64,000 nucleotides of DNA from the NCBI GenBank assembly GCA_018238155.1, contig JABCTZ010000009.1, forward strand, positions 32,001 to 96,000. The letters run 5' to 3'. Under the pieces are notes generated by a model. It was given only the letters and a program-made list of their open reading frames with translations. It was not told the origin of the DNA and did no database searches. Shown piece after piece: positions 39,763 through 50,888 of the stretch; the stretch's first letter is position 1; each line of letters opens with the position of its first letter. Both the position numbers and the translations under genes were made by a program. The DNA comes from Candidatus Heimdallarchaeota archaeon (GTDB taxonomy: Archaea > Asgardarchaeota > Heimdallarchaeia > JABLTI01).

Positions 39763-39912
39763 AAAAAGTTTTTTGAATGAGTTTTCTTTCTCATTATGAT
39801 TATTTTATCAAAATTATTTATATTTACAGAAATTATTAAATTGGTCTCTATTTTTATAAAGCAAAGCTAGAAACTTGTTATTGAAATGAATGCTAATTGA
39901 TGAGGACTAAAA

Positions 39913-41109
39913 ATGCCAAATTTCAAATTAACTCATAATCTTCTTGCCATTACAAATGCTTATCCAAATTCAAATACAAATTTTATGCAAGGTATTTTTA
40001 TTAAAAATCAAATTGATTCCATTAGAAAAAATTTTTTAAATGTTTATGTAATTTCACCTGTTTTACGTGATTTTGGTTTAATGGAAAAAGGCAGAAAATG
40101 TAAAAACTATTCTTATGATAATGTTTCAGTACAATATCCTAAGTCAATTTTCGTTCCACAAAACTATACTAGAAAAATAGATATTGATTTCCGGTTGAAA
40201 CATATTAAGAAAATAATTGATAATCTATCATCTGAACGGAATCTACTTCATGCTCATTTTGGTATAATGGGTAAAACTATTGTACCTCTAGCAAAAAATA
40301 GTAAATTGCCATTCATAACATCATTTTACGGTTATGATATTTATCAGACGATATACGATAAAGAATACTATTCAACCTTATTTTCAGTTGCTGATTTCTT
40401 AATTGTATTAAGTGATCATATGAAAAATAGATTGATAGAATTAGGTTCTTCAAAAGAAAAAATAAAGAAAATCCACATTGGTATTGATACAGAAAAATTC
40501 AAACCCCTCGAATCACCAAAAATTGGGAGCAAAGAATTTTTAATTGTAGCTAATTTTGTTGAGAAGAAAGGAATTCTAGATGGGATAAAAGCATTTAGTT
40601 TAGTTGTTGCAGAAAATAGTGAAACTAAATTGAACATCTTAGGACGAGGACCTTTGAAAGAAAAAATAATCTCTTTAATAAAAAAACTCCAAATTGAAAA
40701 AAATGTCAATATTATTGATAATTACGCTACTGAGAATCCTCGCAAGACCGTTCAAGATTATATGCAGAAATGCGACTACTTTTTACTGCCTAGTAAACGT
40801 GATTCAGCAGGAGATTGTGAAGGTACTCCAGTTGTATTAATGGAAGCATCTGCTTGTGGGAAACCTTGTATCACCACTAATCACTCAGGCAATCCTGAAA
40901 TAATTATTAATGAAGAAACTGGGTTTGTTGCTCCCGAAGGTAATGTTCAGAAATTAGCAGAATATATGTTAATTCTATTAGAGGATGAAACTCTCGCGAA
41001 GAATTTTGGTAGAAATGGTCGTTTTCATATTATTGAAGAGTTTAATGAAAACAAGCAATCTGAAAAGCTCCTTCAAGTTTACAAGGCAGCATGTGATTTG
41101 AAAAAATGA
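39913..41109 (+). CDS. Glycosyltransferase family 4
   Basis: HAHFG, KKG, EGTPVVLMEASACG. Confidence 0.93.
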   Translation: MPNFKLTHNLLAITNAYPNSNTNFMQGIFIKNQIDSIRKNFLNVYVISPVLRDFGLMEKGRKCKNYSYDNVSVQYPKSIFVPQNYTRKIDIDFRLKHIKKIIDNLSSERNLLHAHFGIMGKTIVPLAKNSKLPFITSFYGYDIYQTIYDKEYYSTLFSVADFLIVLSDHMKNRLIELGSSKEKIKKIHIGIDTEKFKPLESPKIGSKEFLIVANFVEKKGILDGIKAFSLVVAENSETKLNILGRGPLKEKIISLIKKLQIEKNVNIIDNYATENPRKTVQDYMQKCDYFLLPSKRDSAGDCEGTPVVLMEASACGKPCITTNHSGNPEIIINEETGFVAPEGNVQKLAEYMLILLEDETLAKNFGRNGRFHIIEEFNENKQSEKLLQVYKAACDLKK

Positions 41110-41156
41110 AATCTCATTTCAAAAATTATTTACAATGAGATAAAGATAGTTTTATA

Positions 41157-43934
41157 ATGCACACTTTTCCAAGCATTATACGAGCAAAAAATTTTTTAGC
41201 AGAGATTTTTGAGATGATATCAGAAACAGCGAAAAAGAAATCCATTGGTAACAATTTTCTTTACTCGATGTTTATAACTGTAATAATAGGAATAGTGAAT
41301 GTTGTTTATCCTTTATTCGTTGGTTTGTTATATGGTCCAAAAACCATGGGTAGTTTTTCTGTTATATTTTATTGGGCTATTCTAATTACTATTCCAATTT
41401 CAAATGGTATTGCTCCTTCTATCTCGAGATTCATTGCTGCAAGCTCAAAAAAAGATAAAGAAACGATTGAAAATATTGGTTCAAAATTCACTCTATACTA
41501 TCTTATAGGCGTTTTGTTAATTTATCCTTTTGTCGGATTATTTGGTTTCAAGCAAAATTTTGTTGAAGTAATTATCGTACTTTGTCTATTAGTTGGATTA
41601 GCAACTCATTATTTATATAGAAATTCTTTGCAAGGTCAAGAGGAATTTAAGAGCCTCTTCTTTTATGAATTGATTTCAATTGCAATATTTATACCCTTCA
41701 TGCTTTGTTTTAGTGCTTTGCCTGTGATTCTGAGTTGGAATTTTGTGCTTGACAATATCAATTTATTATTTATACCAATGTTAGCATTTCATTTGACTTT
41801 TGGTGTCATCATTTTTATTAAACGATATAAGCAAATAAACATCAAATCTACCTTTTCATTGCCAAAATTGTCATCTAAAATATTTCTTTATGGGTTATTT
41901 ATTGGAATAGGTGGTCTCTTTGCCTTTGGAACATCCAAGGTTCAAGTTATTATTTCTGATTTATATCTTATTGATTTTGAATTGGGAGTGTTGAGTTTTT
42001 GGGATTCTGCTATCGCTGCTATTACTATTTTTACTGTGGCTTTAGGTGGTATTCTAGTCCCACGAATAACAAATTTATCTAAATCGAATGAAGACAATGA
42101 ACTTGCAAAGAGTTTTGTAAATTCGATAAATTGGTCAATATCGTTTGTTGTTGCTTCTTTAGCTGGTTTTCTTTTCCTTTTATTTGAATGCTATCCTGTT
42201 ATTCTGGATTTTCTTACTTTGAACAAATATAATATGGTTAATTATTGGCTAGTTGTTGTACTATTGTGCTTTAAGGAAGTGAATTTTCTTTTACTAACCC
42301 CATCTCTTTCGTATGTTTTGTCTTCAGAAAAATATGTCAAGTTTAATCCTCTTTCCTCTTTTGTATATTCAATAGGAGTAATAATTTCATGGATTGTTTT
42401 AGTACCAAATTTTGGTATCATTGGTTTTGCTGCAGGAATTGCTATTGGAAGTTTCGCTCATAGTTTGACAATAATAATCTTTGTTTTGTATATAACCAAG
42501 TTGAAAGTAGGTCTCCATTTTCTATTCCTAATACCCACCTACTTGTTGAATATTACATTCATTGTTTTAATCCAAAAAACAACTACGGCACCATTTTTAA
42601 TTACTTGGGGGATAGCAACAATAGCTTCTTTAGGATATGGAATATATAATCTACTGAAAATATTGAAGAAGAAAGAATACTCACAAATAGGTACAATTCA
42701 TACGAAGGAAGATAACATGCAGAATATAGATCCTAAAGCGAAAAATGAAAAATCAAAAATATCAACCATTTTTATGGCTTTAGCATGTCCATTTATCATT
42801 GATCCAAGGGTTAAACAAGAAGTAAACACATTGAGCAAAAAAGGTTATTTTGTTGATGTATTATCATGGGATAGAGAAGGTAAATACGAAGATATCAAAG
42901 AAGATAATTTTCAAATAAAATATGTTAAACTTCTGACATCAAGACAATTCAGTAAATTACTATATATGATGTCAGCAGCGCTTTTTCAAGTTGTGATATT
43001 TATAAGAGGTATGAATTTACTCCGTAAACATGGTTGTATTATTGTTCATGCAAATGATTTTAATACTATATTTGGAGTATTTCTGCTAAAACTAATTTTT
43101 CCAAATAAAATTAAAACCGTCTATGATTCACATGAACTAACACCTGCGGTGTATTCTGAATGGTATGGTGAGCATTTAGGTTCCTTGATTGGAAAAATCG
43201 AATGCCGATTAATATCCTATTTCGATGAAATTATTACTGTGAGCCCTCCAATAGTGAAGCATTTAAAGCAAATTTCAGGAAATGATGTTAGTCTAATTTG
43301 GAATTACCCTACTAATTCCATCTTGCCTAAAATTACTAAAGCTCAAGCGAGAAAAATATTAGGTTTTGATAAAGAAACATTTCTTATTGCTTATGTGGGA
43401 ACTTTAAGACACGATATTGCATTAGTGAATCTAATTGAGGCAATTTCAAAACTGAAGAAAAAAAATAATGGAACTAGTAATCTATCAAAACTAAAAGTTG
43501 CCATTGTTGGAGATGGACCACTTTATGTTGAATTAGAAGAACAGATTAAATATCTGCGATTAGAAAATCTTGTTGAAATAGTTGGTCGAGTTGATCGCCA
43601 GAAATCATTAACCTATTTACGTGCCGCAGATTTATCATTTATATTATTTACAATTAAAGGAATGAATACTACAATTGGAATGCCTTGGAAATTATTTGAA
43701 AGCCTTGTTTCAAGTACACCTGTGATGGTCGTTGATAATACATATGCGGCAAATCTAGTTAGGAAATATGATGCCGGATACATTGTAAATGATATTGATT
43801 CTGAAGAGATTAGTTCTACCTTGAGCGAAATTTTAGCAAGAGATAAACCTTTGAAATTTGATTTGTCAAACTTATTTTTATGGGAAAATCAAGAAGAAGA
43901 ATACATAAAAATATATGAGTCTCTCTCAATATGA
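41157..43934 (+). CDS. Oligosaccharide flippase (Wzx/MATE-like) fused to GT4
   Basis: About 500 aa polytopic N-terminus; then DPRVKQE, HANDF, YDSHE, PWKLFES GT4 motifs in one frame. Confidence 0.85.
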   Translation: MHTFPSIIRAKNFLAEIFEMISETAKKKSIGNNFLYSMFITVIIGIVNVVYPLFVGLLYGPKTMGSFSVIFYWAILITIPISNGIAPSISRFIAASSKKDKETIENIGSKFTLYYLIGVLLIYPFVGLFGFKQNFVEVIIVLCLLVGLATHYLYRNSLQGQEEFKSLFFYELISIAIFIPFMLCFSALPVILSWNFVLDNINLLFIPMLAFHLTFGVIIFIKRYKQINIKSTFSLPKLSSKIFLYGLFIGIGGLFAFGTSKVQVIISDLYLIDFELGVLSFWDSAIAAITIFTVALGGILVPRITNLSKSNEDNELAKSFVNSINWSISFVVASLAGFLFLLFECYPVILDFLTLNKYNMVNYWLVVVLLCFKEVNFLLLTPSLSYVLSSEKYVKFNPLSSFVYSIGVIISWIVLVPNFGIIGFAAGIAIGSFAHSLTIIIFVLYITKLKVGLHFLFLIPTYLLNITFIVLIQKTTTAPFLITWGIATIASLGYGIYNLLKILKKKEYSQIGTIHTKEDNMQNIDPKAKNEKSKISTIFMALACPFIIDPRVKQEVNTLSKKGYFVDVLSWDREGKYEDIKEDNFQIKYVKLLTSRQFSKLLYMMSAALFQVVIFIRGMNLLRKHGCIIVHANDFNTIFGVFLLKLIFPNKIKTVYDSHELTPAVYSEWYGEHLGSLIGKIECRLISYFDEIITVSPPIVKHLKQISGNDVSLIWNYPTNSILPKITKAQARKILGFDKETFLIAYVGTLRHDIALVNLIEAISKLKKKNNGTSNLSKLKVAIVGDGPLYVELEEQIKYLRLENLVEIVGRVDRQKSLTYLRAADLSFILFTIKGMNTTIGMPWKLFESLVSSTPVMVVDNTYAANLVRKYDAGYIVNDIDSEEISSTLSEILARDKPLKFDLSNLFLWENQEEEYIKIYESLSI

Positions 43935-44003
43935 GAACATATCCCAAGAGTAGTTTTTTAAACTAAGGTTTTATTTAAACTAAAAGACAAATGAGGCAAT
44001 TCT

Positions 44004-44903
44004 ATGTATAAAGGGAAAAAAATCGGCATTGTAGTTCCTGCATACAATGAGGAAGATCTTATTGACATCACTTTGGACGATATGCCTGTTTATGCAGATA
44101 TGATTTACGTTACAGATGATTGCTCAAAAGATAAGACTGTTGAAATCATTAAAACTTTAGCTTTAAAAGATAAACGTATAAAACTCATTCAGCACAACAA
44201 AAATCAGGGTGTTGGTGGTGCAATTGTTTCTGGATTCAAAGATGCCATTTTAGAAGAAATGGATATTGTAGCTGTTATGGCTGGAGATAATCAAATGAAT
44301 GCCAAGTATCTCCCTGCATTACTTGATCCGATTATTGAAAATAAAGCAGACTTCACAAAAGGTAATCGATTAAAACACGGCTACTGGAAAGGGATGAGTC
44401 CATTTAGATTAACTGGCAATATTATTTTAACATTACTAAATCAGCTTGTTACTGGTTACTGGAACATAAAGGATCCACAAAATGGCTATGTTGCGATTTC
44501 AATCGAAGCCTTAAAAAAAATTGATCTTGATTCTCTCTATAAAGGCTATGCATTTGAAAATGATTTAATGCTAAAATCAAATATTGATAATCTTCGTATG
44601 AAGAATATTCTAATTCCGGCTGTTTATGGTGAGGAGAGATCCAAAATAAAGTATGGTCGATTTGTCATTAATACTTTACTGTACTTTGTTAAGGGATATA
44701 ATTGGAGAATATGGCACAAGCATTTCAAAAGACTTAATCTAATTGGTATTTCTATAATACTTGGCTTTCTAAGTTTAGTTGCGGGAATAATTGTTGGAAT
44801 AGTACTTAGCTTTCAGTTGATATGGCCAATATTTATTATAAGTGCTTCATTGTTTCTAATTTCATTTCTTGCAGACGGTCTTTCATCAATATTTAGAAAA
44901 TAA
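44004..44903 (+). CDS. GT2 glycosyltransferase (polyprenol-phosphate GT/DPM1-like) with C-terminal TMs
   Basis: VVPAYNEE, DDCSKD, NQGVGGA, MAGDNQM. Confidence 0.92.
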   Translation: MYKGKKIGIVVPAYNEEDLIDITLDDMPVYADMIYVTDDCSKDKTVEIIKTLALKDKRIKLIQHNKNQGVGGAIVSGFKDAILEEMDIVAVMAGDNQMNAKYLPALLDPIIENKADFTKGNRLKHGYWKGMSPFRLTGNIILTLLNQLVTGYWNIKDPQNGYVAISIEALKKIDLDSLYKGYAFENDLMLKSNIDNLRMKNILIPAVYGEERSKIKYGRFVINTLLYFVKGYNWRIWHKHFKRLNLIGISIILGFLSLVAGIIVGIVLSFQLIWPIFIISASLFLISFLADGLSSIFRK

Positions 44904-44906
44904 TTT

Positions 44907-46787
44907 CTAAAAAGGTAATAGGACAATAGCGAAAACCGAATCATAAATCCGATTAATATTCGGATTTAAAGGTACATAAGATGAAATATCTGGAAATTTT
45001 AGAACCCAATTGTCATTATCTTCACCATAGATTGCCCAGCCTTTAATAAAACCATCTTGTATCGATACTTCGGTTATGACAATGTAGTCAATTCTTTGGT
45101 TAGCAAATTTTGGAGATAAATTTGTTGCGTAATTAATTCGCGTTGATTCATTAGCAAATAGGATCAATCTTAACCAACTTTGTCCACTATTGTCAAATAC
45201 TGAATCCATACCTGATAATCCTTCTAAAATAGCAGCATATCTGAAATCGCAATCAATTTTTGGTTCCCAATTATTCGACCAGAGTGTTTCATTTGGTGAG
45301 TCGGCATATAAAATGAAGAAATCTATAGATGAAAATTCTGCGTCCCAAAACACCTCTTGAGTTCCCCAATTGTTTTCTGCAGAAGGATAAGAATATGACA
45401 TAGATGTAGCCATAAATATTGATAATCCAATTAGAGCTACTGCTTTTAGACTGCGTTTATTGATTTTCTTGTAGAATTTAATTACTGCAATTGCTACAAG
45501 TATTAATGCTACTCCAACTACATATAATGCTAATCTAGAAAGCAAACTTGACATTATAGGAAAAATCGCTGTCACACTAATTACTAAAATTACTGAAAAC
45601 AACCAACCTCTAATAATTCTACTTCTAGTTTTTGAATTGTTAGGGAGAGCAATAACACCAATTGCTGCTAATGGAATTAACGTTAAAGCTTGCGTGGATA
45701 ACACTAAACCTGTTGATACGTTTGTATCTGGGCTAGACGCACCGAAAAACAAAGCTATAATGAACATAATTATACCACCAATAATTCCTGATGCTACAAT
45801 TGCTATATTGACTTTTTTCCGGTTAAAATTGTAAAAGAAAATTGAGAAAACAACCGCATTGAGAATAAACACCGCAATTATCATTAACATTACAGTTAGT
45901 GATGATTCTCCTTCAGGAAAGAGAGACTTAAATGAAGATTCAATAAAATTCAGGGGAAATCCTTTCAAAACAATTTGCCAAAAAAGAAAAACAAAAGCAT
46001 CAAGAGTAATGATAATTCCTATATCTAGAATTAAATCTTTTTTTACGAATTTACCATTATTACCAAATCTCCTGTAAATGATATTATATGGAAATAAAAT
46101 ATGCCATAAAGCTAAAACGATAAGAGTAGTTAGATGATGAACGAAGGTAATTCCCACAGTAATCAACAAAGCCAAAATCAAATATCTTAAATCCTTTGTT
46201 TCAAAATAACGTAAAATGTAGAAAACAACAAAGGGAACCAACCCTAATACTATTGTTTCTGGGGCAATATTTTGATTTCTATATACCATCAATCCAAAAC
46301 AGCTAACAAAAAGCATTGAAAGAAGACCAATCATTCTTGATTTCATTAATCTTCTAGCTAAGACATAATAAATTATTAATTGAATTCCGCTTATAATTTG
46401 AGGGAAAATATAGATAGCTCCCATAAGTGGTTTTCCTGCTAAACCTAATAGGAATTCTGTCATTATAATGATAAAAGAAAAACCGGGTGGATCTCTGGTA
46501 AGTTCACTTAAATTAATCCAACCATTAAAGAAATCGTTTTTTAATACTCTTAAATAAAAGAAACCATCAAATGCTAATGGCATGCCTTCCCTGAGAATTC
46601 TCCAGGTTCGTAATAATAATCCTAAAATAGTGATTAATACTGTTAAGATAATAACAATGTACTCTTTTCTAGTATAGCTATTCAATGATTTTGTTCTTGA
46701 CTTCGTTAAATATTCAGTTTTATTTTTAATATTATTTGAATTATAACTAGCCAAATTACGAAGCTCCTTGATATTTTTATTTTTCAA
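44907..46787 (-). CDS. GT-C-like polytopic membrane protein
   Basis: LLLR...AFDGFFY...PPGF first loop; HHLT; about 13 TM; C-terminal soluble domain (NRIYDS). Confidence 0.65.
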   Translation of the reverse strand: MKNKNIKELRNLASYNSNNIKNKTEYLTKSRTKSLNSYTRKEYIVIILTVLITILGLLLRTWRILREGMPLAFDGFFYLRVLKNDFFNGWINLSELTRDPPGFSFIIIMTEFLLGLAGKPLMGAIYIFPQIISGIQLIIYYVLARRLMKSRMIGLLSMLFVSCFGLMVYRNQNIAPETIVLGLVPFVVFYILRYFETKDLRYLILALLITVGITFVHHLTTLIVLALWHILFPYNIIYRRFGNNGKFVKKDLILDIGIIITLDAFVFLFWQIVLKGFPLNFIESSFKSLFPEGESSLTVMLMIIAVFILNAVVFSIFFYNFNRKKVNIAIVASGIIGGIIMFIIALFFGASSPDTNVSTGLVLSTQALTLIPLAAIGVIALPNNSKTRSRIIRGWLFSVILVISVTAIFPIMSSLLSRLALYVVGVALILVAIAVIKFYKKINKRSLKAVALIGLSIFMATSMSYSYPSAENNWGTQEVFWDAEFSSIDFFILYADSPNETLWSNNWEPKIDCDFRYAAILEGLSGMDSVFDNSGQSWLRLILFANESTRINYATNLSPKFANQRIDYIVITEVSIQDGFIKGWAIYGEDNDNWVLKFPDISSYVPLNPNINRIYDSVFAIVLLPF

Positions 46788-46999
46788 TTCTTCCTTTAAT
46801 TTAGTTGAAGTAAATGTTCTGTTCTCGATAAAATCTCAATGTATCAATATTGGCACTAAATATATGTTTTATCATTATCAAATATCCAATATTTTACAAG
46901 AGTTAGGCATTTCTTTTTTTGGTTATTATTAAGAGTATCTCTATTAATTTTAGACCATAAAATCATTGACAGATTTAATTCTTTCTTATGAAAAACACT

Positions 47000-48004
47000 T
47001 CAATAATCTTCATTAGTAATTATAGAATAATCTCCTACTTTTAATGAACTCGACTTTATTCCTATTACGCGACTTTTCGAACCAATAACTGAATTAGTAA
47101 TGTGTGTATGATCAATAGTAGAGTGCTCGAGAATAACAGAATCTCTCACTTCACTACTTTCAATAGTTACTCCTTTCTCAATCATAACATATGGACCAAC
47201 TGTAGATGAATTAATTTTACAATTTTTTGAAATATAGACAGGGGGAATGATTGTTGAGTTGGTTACCTCTCCAAGAACTTGATGGGTATCGTCATTAAGG
47301 TATTTTCTGTTAATTGAAAGAAGGTCCTCCGGATAACCAATGTCAATACGCCACCCATCAATTTTCGCTGCTTTAACTAAATAATCATTTGTAACTAAAT
47401 TTTGAATTGCATCCGTAATTTCATATTCCCCTCTTACAGATGGTGTCAAACCGGCAATCATTCTAAAGATTACTGGAGCAAAAACATAGAATCCTGTAAT
47501 TACAAGGTTACTTTTAGGTTTTTGAGGTTTCTCTTCAAGAGAGATTACCCTGTCACCATCAACTTCCACAACACCATATCTTTGAGGGTTCTCATTTTCC
47601 TCAATATGAATTGTTGCTGAAGCATTTGATGAAAAGTGTAAATCAATGCATTTACTAAGGTCTGCTGAAAAAAGATTATCTCCAAGAAGCATTACAAAAT
47701 CGCTGGAAATTTGACTCTGAGCTAAATTCACTGCTGCAGCTAATCCGTGTGCTTGCGAAGTATGTTGAATAACATAAGAGATATTCATTCCAAGATCCTG
47801 ACCATTTCTAAAATAATCCATAATGTATTTTCTTTGATGACCAACAACAATAATAACTTCTTCAATATCTAATATATCTCTCAAATATTCTAGAGAATGA
47901 TGTAAAATTGGTTTACCTGCGACTGGCAAAAGATGTTTAGGGCGAAAGCTAGTAAACGGTAATAATCTATTGCCATGACCTGCAGCTAATACTACTCCTT
48001 TCAT
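47000..48004 (-). CDS. Glucose-1-phosphate nucleotidylyltransferase (RmlA long form)
   Basis: LAAGHGNRL, PKHL, LGDN, YGVV, EEKP, RGEYEITD; C-terminal left-handed beta-helix. Confidence 0.92.
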   Translation of the reverse strand: MKGVVLAAGHGNRLLPFTSFRPKHLLPVAGKPILHHSLEYLRDILDIEEVIIVVGHQRKYIMDYFRNGQDLGMNISYVIQHTSQAHGLAAAVNLAQSQISSDFVMLLGDNLFSADLSKCIDLHFSSNASATIHIEENENPQRYGVVEVDGDRVISLEEKPQKPKSNLVITGFYVFAPVIFRMIAGLTPSVRGEYEITDAIQNLVTNDYLVKAAKIDGWRIDIGYPEDLLSINRKYLNDDTHQVLGEVTNSTIIPPVYISKNCKINSSTVGPYVMIEKGVTIESSEVRDSVILEHSTIDHTHITNSVIGSKSRVIGIKSSSLKVGDYSIITNEDY

Positions 48005-48193
48005 CTAAAACACCTTATTGAGCTTCATTGCCTTTTTTCATTGGTTCACGTTCTTTTTAATGTTGCCCAAATTTCTATACTTACCGAACAGAAAAAGTCA
48101 TTAAACAACGTTGATTATTGCAAATAGCATAATTTTATTAAAGTAATTTATATAGCAACAAACTAGAATCAAATATCTGTAAGGAAAATTAAA

Positions 48194-49066
48194 ATGATAA
48201 TCGGAAAAAGCAATATTAAGAGTACACCTTCTGTAATTTACGTTGCTGATATATCATTATTTTGTGAAGCTATTATCAGTGATAATAATTTTCTTAAATA
48301 TCCAAGCAAAGAAATCAACCAAAGAAATGACGACATTCCAGAACCTCATGAAACCATAAACGAAAATTCACACAAAGTAATAATAACAATTCCTGCATTT
48401 AATGAAGAAGAAACAGTTGGAAATGTTATTGAAAAAGTACATAAAGCTATGAAGAATTCAAATTACAGTTATAATTATTTGATTTTAGTTGTAAATGATG
48501 GGAGCTCAGATAAGACCATTAATGTTGCTGAAAATACAGGTGCTCATGTTTTTTCCCATTGTAAAAATAATGGCTTAGCTGAAACATTTAGAACCGAAAT
48601 GAAGATCTGCTTAAAGTTAGGTGCAGATATTATCGTACATACTGACGCAGATGGTCAATATAACGCTGAAGAAATTCCGAATCTCATAGAGCATGTTGAA
48701 AAGGGTTATGATCTAGTATTGGGCAGCAGATTTAAGGGAGCTATTGAAAGAATGACTATAATGAAAAGATTCGGAAATAGAGCATTCTCTTTACTAATCT
48801 CATTAATAGCCAAAAGAAGGATTTCTGATGGGCAAACCGGATTCAGAGCTTTCACAAGAAAAGTTGCTGAAGAAATAACTATAGAATCATCTTATACTTA
48901 TACACAAGAACAAATCATCAAAGCTTGTAAAATGGATTACAAAATTATTGAGATTCCTACATCTTTCGCAAAAAGGGATGATAATACAAGTAGACTTATG
49001 AAGAATCCACTGGATTATGCAATAAGAGCATGGAAGGATATAATTAAACTCTATTTTTTTAAATAG
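48194..49066 (+). CDS. GT2 glycosyltransferase (DPM1-like)
   Basis: IPAFNEE, NDGSSD, TDADGQY, GSRF, DGQTGFR. Confidence 0.92.
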   Translation: MIIGKSNIKSTPSVIYVADISLFCEAIISDNNFLKYPSKEINQRNDDIPEPHETINENSHKVIITIPAFNEEETVGNVIEKVHKAMKNSNYSYNYLILVVNDGSSDKTINVAENTGAHVFSHCKNNGLAETFRTEMKICLKLGADIIVHTDADGQYNAEEIPNLIEHVEKGYDLVLGSRFKGAIERMTIMKRFGNRAFSLLISLIAKRRISDGQTGFRAFTRKVAEEITIESSYTYTQEQIIKACKMDYKIIEIPTSFAKRDDNTSRLMKNPLDYAIRAWKDIIKLYFFK

Positions 49067-49069
49067 TTA

Positions 49070-49576
49070 TTATTTGATAGCTAAAATATTAATATTGTAT
49101 GGAAATCGCTTAAGCCCATTTGTTTCTATTTTGACACTGTTGTAATCTACAAGTAGTTTTTTCAATGTTGAAGGTGTATAACGCCAATAGTCGTTAGGCA
49201 ACATATGCAATGGATAAAATAATGGCACACTTAGAAATAGATAACCGCCTTTCTTTAAACCGTGATAAATATTATCTAAAGCATTTTGATATTCAAAAAT
49301 ATGTTCTAATACATTTAAACAGATAATGATATCATAAATTGGTTCAAGCTTTTCATTAGTTATATCTAATTTTGTTACATTTCCGCATGCCACTAAATCC
49401 GTTTTGATATATTCATTTGAAACATGAAAAAATCTCTCGACTTTATAGCCTTCACCAGCACCTATTTCTAAAATTTTCATTTCAGTTATGTGTTTGGCAT
49501 TTCTTCGGAGGAATCTATATTGTTTTCTTTTCACAGGGAAGATTACATGAGTAATTTTTCTTAGAATTGCTAACAT
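49070..49576 (-). CDS. Class I SAM methyltransferase (glycan-cluster type)
   Basis: LEIGAG, VLEHI, KKGG, HxxPNDYWR. Confidence 0.9.
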   Translation of the reverse strand: MLAILRKITHVIFPVKRKQYRFLRRNAKHITEMKILEIGAGEGYKVERFFHVSNEYIKTDLVACGNVTKLDITNEKLEPIYDIIICLNVLEHIFEYQNALDNIYHGLKKGGYLFLSVPLFYPLHMLPNDYWRYTPSTLKKLLVDYNSVKIETNGLKRFPYNINILAIK

Positions 49577-49692
49577 TTACCATCACATTACTATAGTATT
49601 CTGTACAACATCTAACAGTTGTTATTTAGTACACATTAAGTATTTTTATATTACCAATATCCAAAAATAAATTAAAGTATAGAGATAAGTGT

Positions 49693-50811
49693 GTGACTAG
49701 AATGAGGATTTTAATTGTACTCCATAAAGTAAAGAAAAAAGGTGGAATGGTACTACAACATTTGAAAATGTCACAGGAGTTCAAAAAACTCGGTCATGAA
49801 GTTTCTATTTTCTCATTTGATACCTTTTTAACAACCAAAAATATCTTCGCTGATCACGTTAAAATATTTAGAGAATTAAAAACGCATATTAACAAATTTG
49901 AGCCTTCTATAATTCTAACATCTGATCCTTACTTCACAACTCTCTTTTCAATACTAGCTAAAAATAAGTATAGTATAATATGCTTAAGAGCTGGAGCAAG
50001 ATATCACCCGTTTTATACGGGAAGAATAATAGATAAATTAACACCAGGTAGAATGTTTAGTTCACTATATTTCTTCATTAACCTAATTCTAAAGCAATTG
50101 GATAAATTGATTCTAAGAAAGACTGATTTAGTGATTTTCAATTCCAAATATCTTAAACAATACTATGGCAAATATACAAACAATTCAAAGGTAATCTATA
50201 ATGGTGTAAGTAAAATTACTGACACTACTTTGAAGATTTATAGCCCACTAAAATTAATTTTTGTAGGTAGAATTGAACCTAGAAAAAGCATTGAATTAAT
50301 TCTACAAGCATTAGGTATTTTGGTAAAAATGAAGGTTGATTTTAACTTTTCAATAGTAGGAAAACATAATCAATTTCCGGATTATTGGTTGAAATTGGAA
50401 AAAATGATTCAAAGATATAATATTCAAGACAAGATAACTATGCTAAATGAAATTCCCAATAGAGAACTACCAGATGTTTTGATTAAACATGATATTCTTC
50501 TTTTTTCTTCAGATGAAAGAAATTTCCCAATGACAGAAGGATTACCTAATGTTATACTTGAAGGAATGGCAAATGGATTAGCAATTATAGCTACTCCCGT
50601 TGCAGGTGTTCCAGAAATTGTTTCAGAAGAAAATGGTTATTTGGTAGAACCAAAACCAACAGAATTTGCCAGAAAAATAGTTCTAATAAATAAAAATAAT
50701 CAAAGGTTATTGGAAATCAAAAACAAAAATGTTTCAAAAATAAAAAATAATTTTAGAATGTCAAAAACAGCAAAAGAATACATTAAGGAATTTGAAAAAC
50801 ACTTACCTTGA
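49693..50811 (+). CDS. Glycosyltransferase family 4
   Basis: FVGRIEPRK, EGLPNVILEGMANG. Confidence 0.92.
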   Translation: MTRMRILIVLHKVKKKGGMVLQHLKMSQEFKKLGHEVSIFSFDTFLTTKNIFADHVKIFRELKTHINKFEPSIILTSDPYFTTLFSILAKNKYSIICLRAGARYHPFYTGRIIDKLTPGRMFSSLYFFINLILKQLDKLILRKTDLVIFNSKYLKQYYGKYTNNSKVIYNGVSKITDTTLKIYSPLKLIFVGRIEPRKSIELILQALGILVKMKVDFNFSIVGKHNQFPDYWLKLEKMIQRYNIQDKITMLNEIPNRELPDVLIKHDILLFSSDERNFPMTEGLPNVILEGMANGLAIIATPVAGVPEIVSEENGYLVEPKPTEFARKIVLINKNNQRLLEIKNKNVSKIKNNFRMSKTAKEYIKEFEKHLP

Positions 50812-50888
50812 AAATAGTGATTGCTGTTTTGCTAAATTGTCTTGCTAGGTTTTTGAGTGTGTAGAATAGAAATACATTAGTAAATTTA

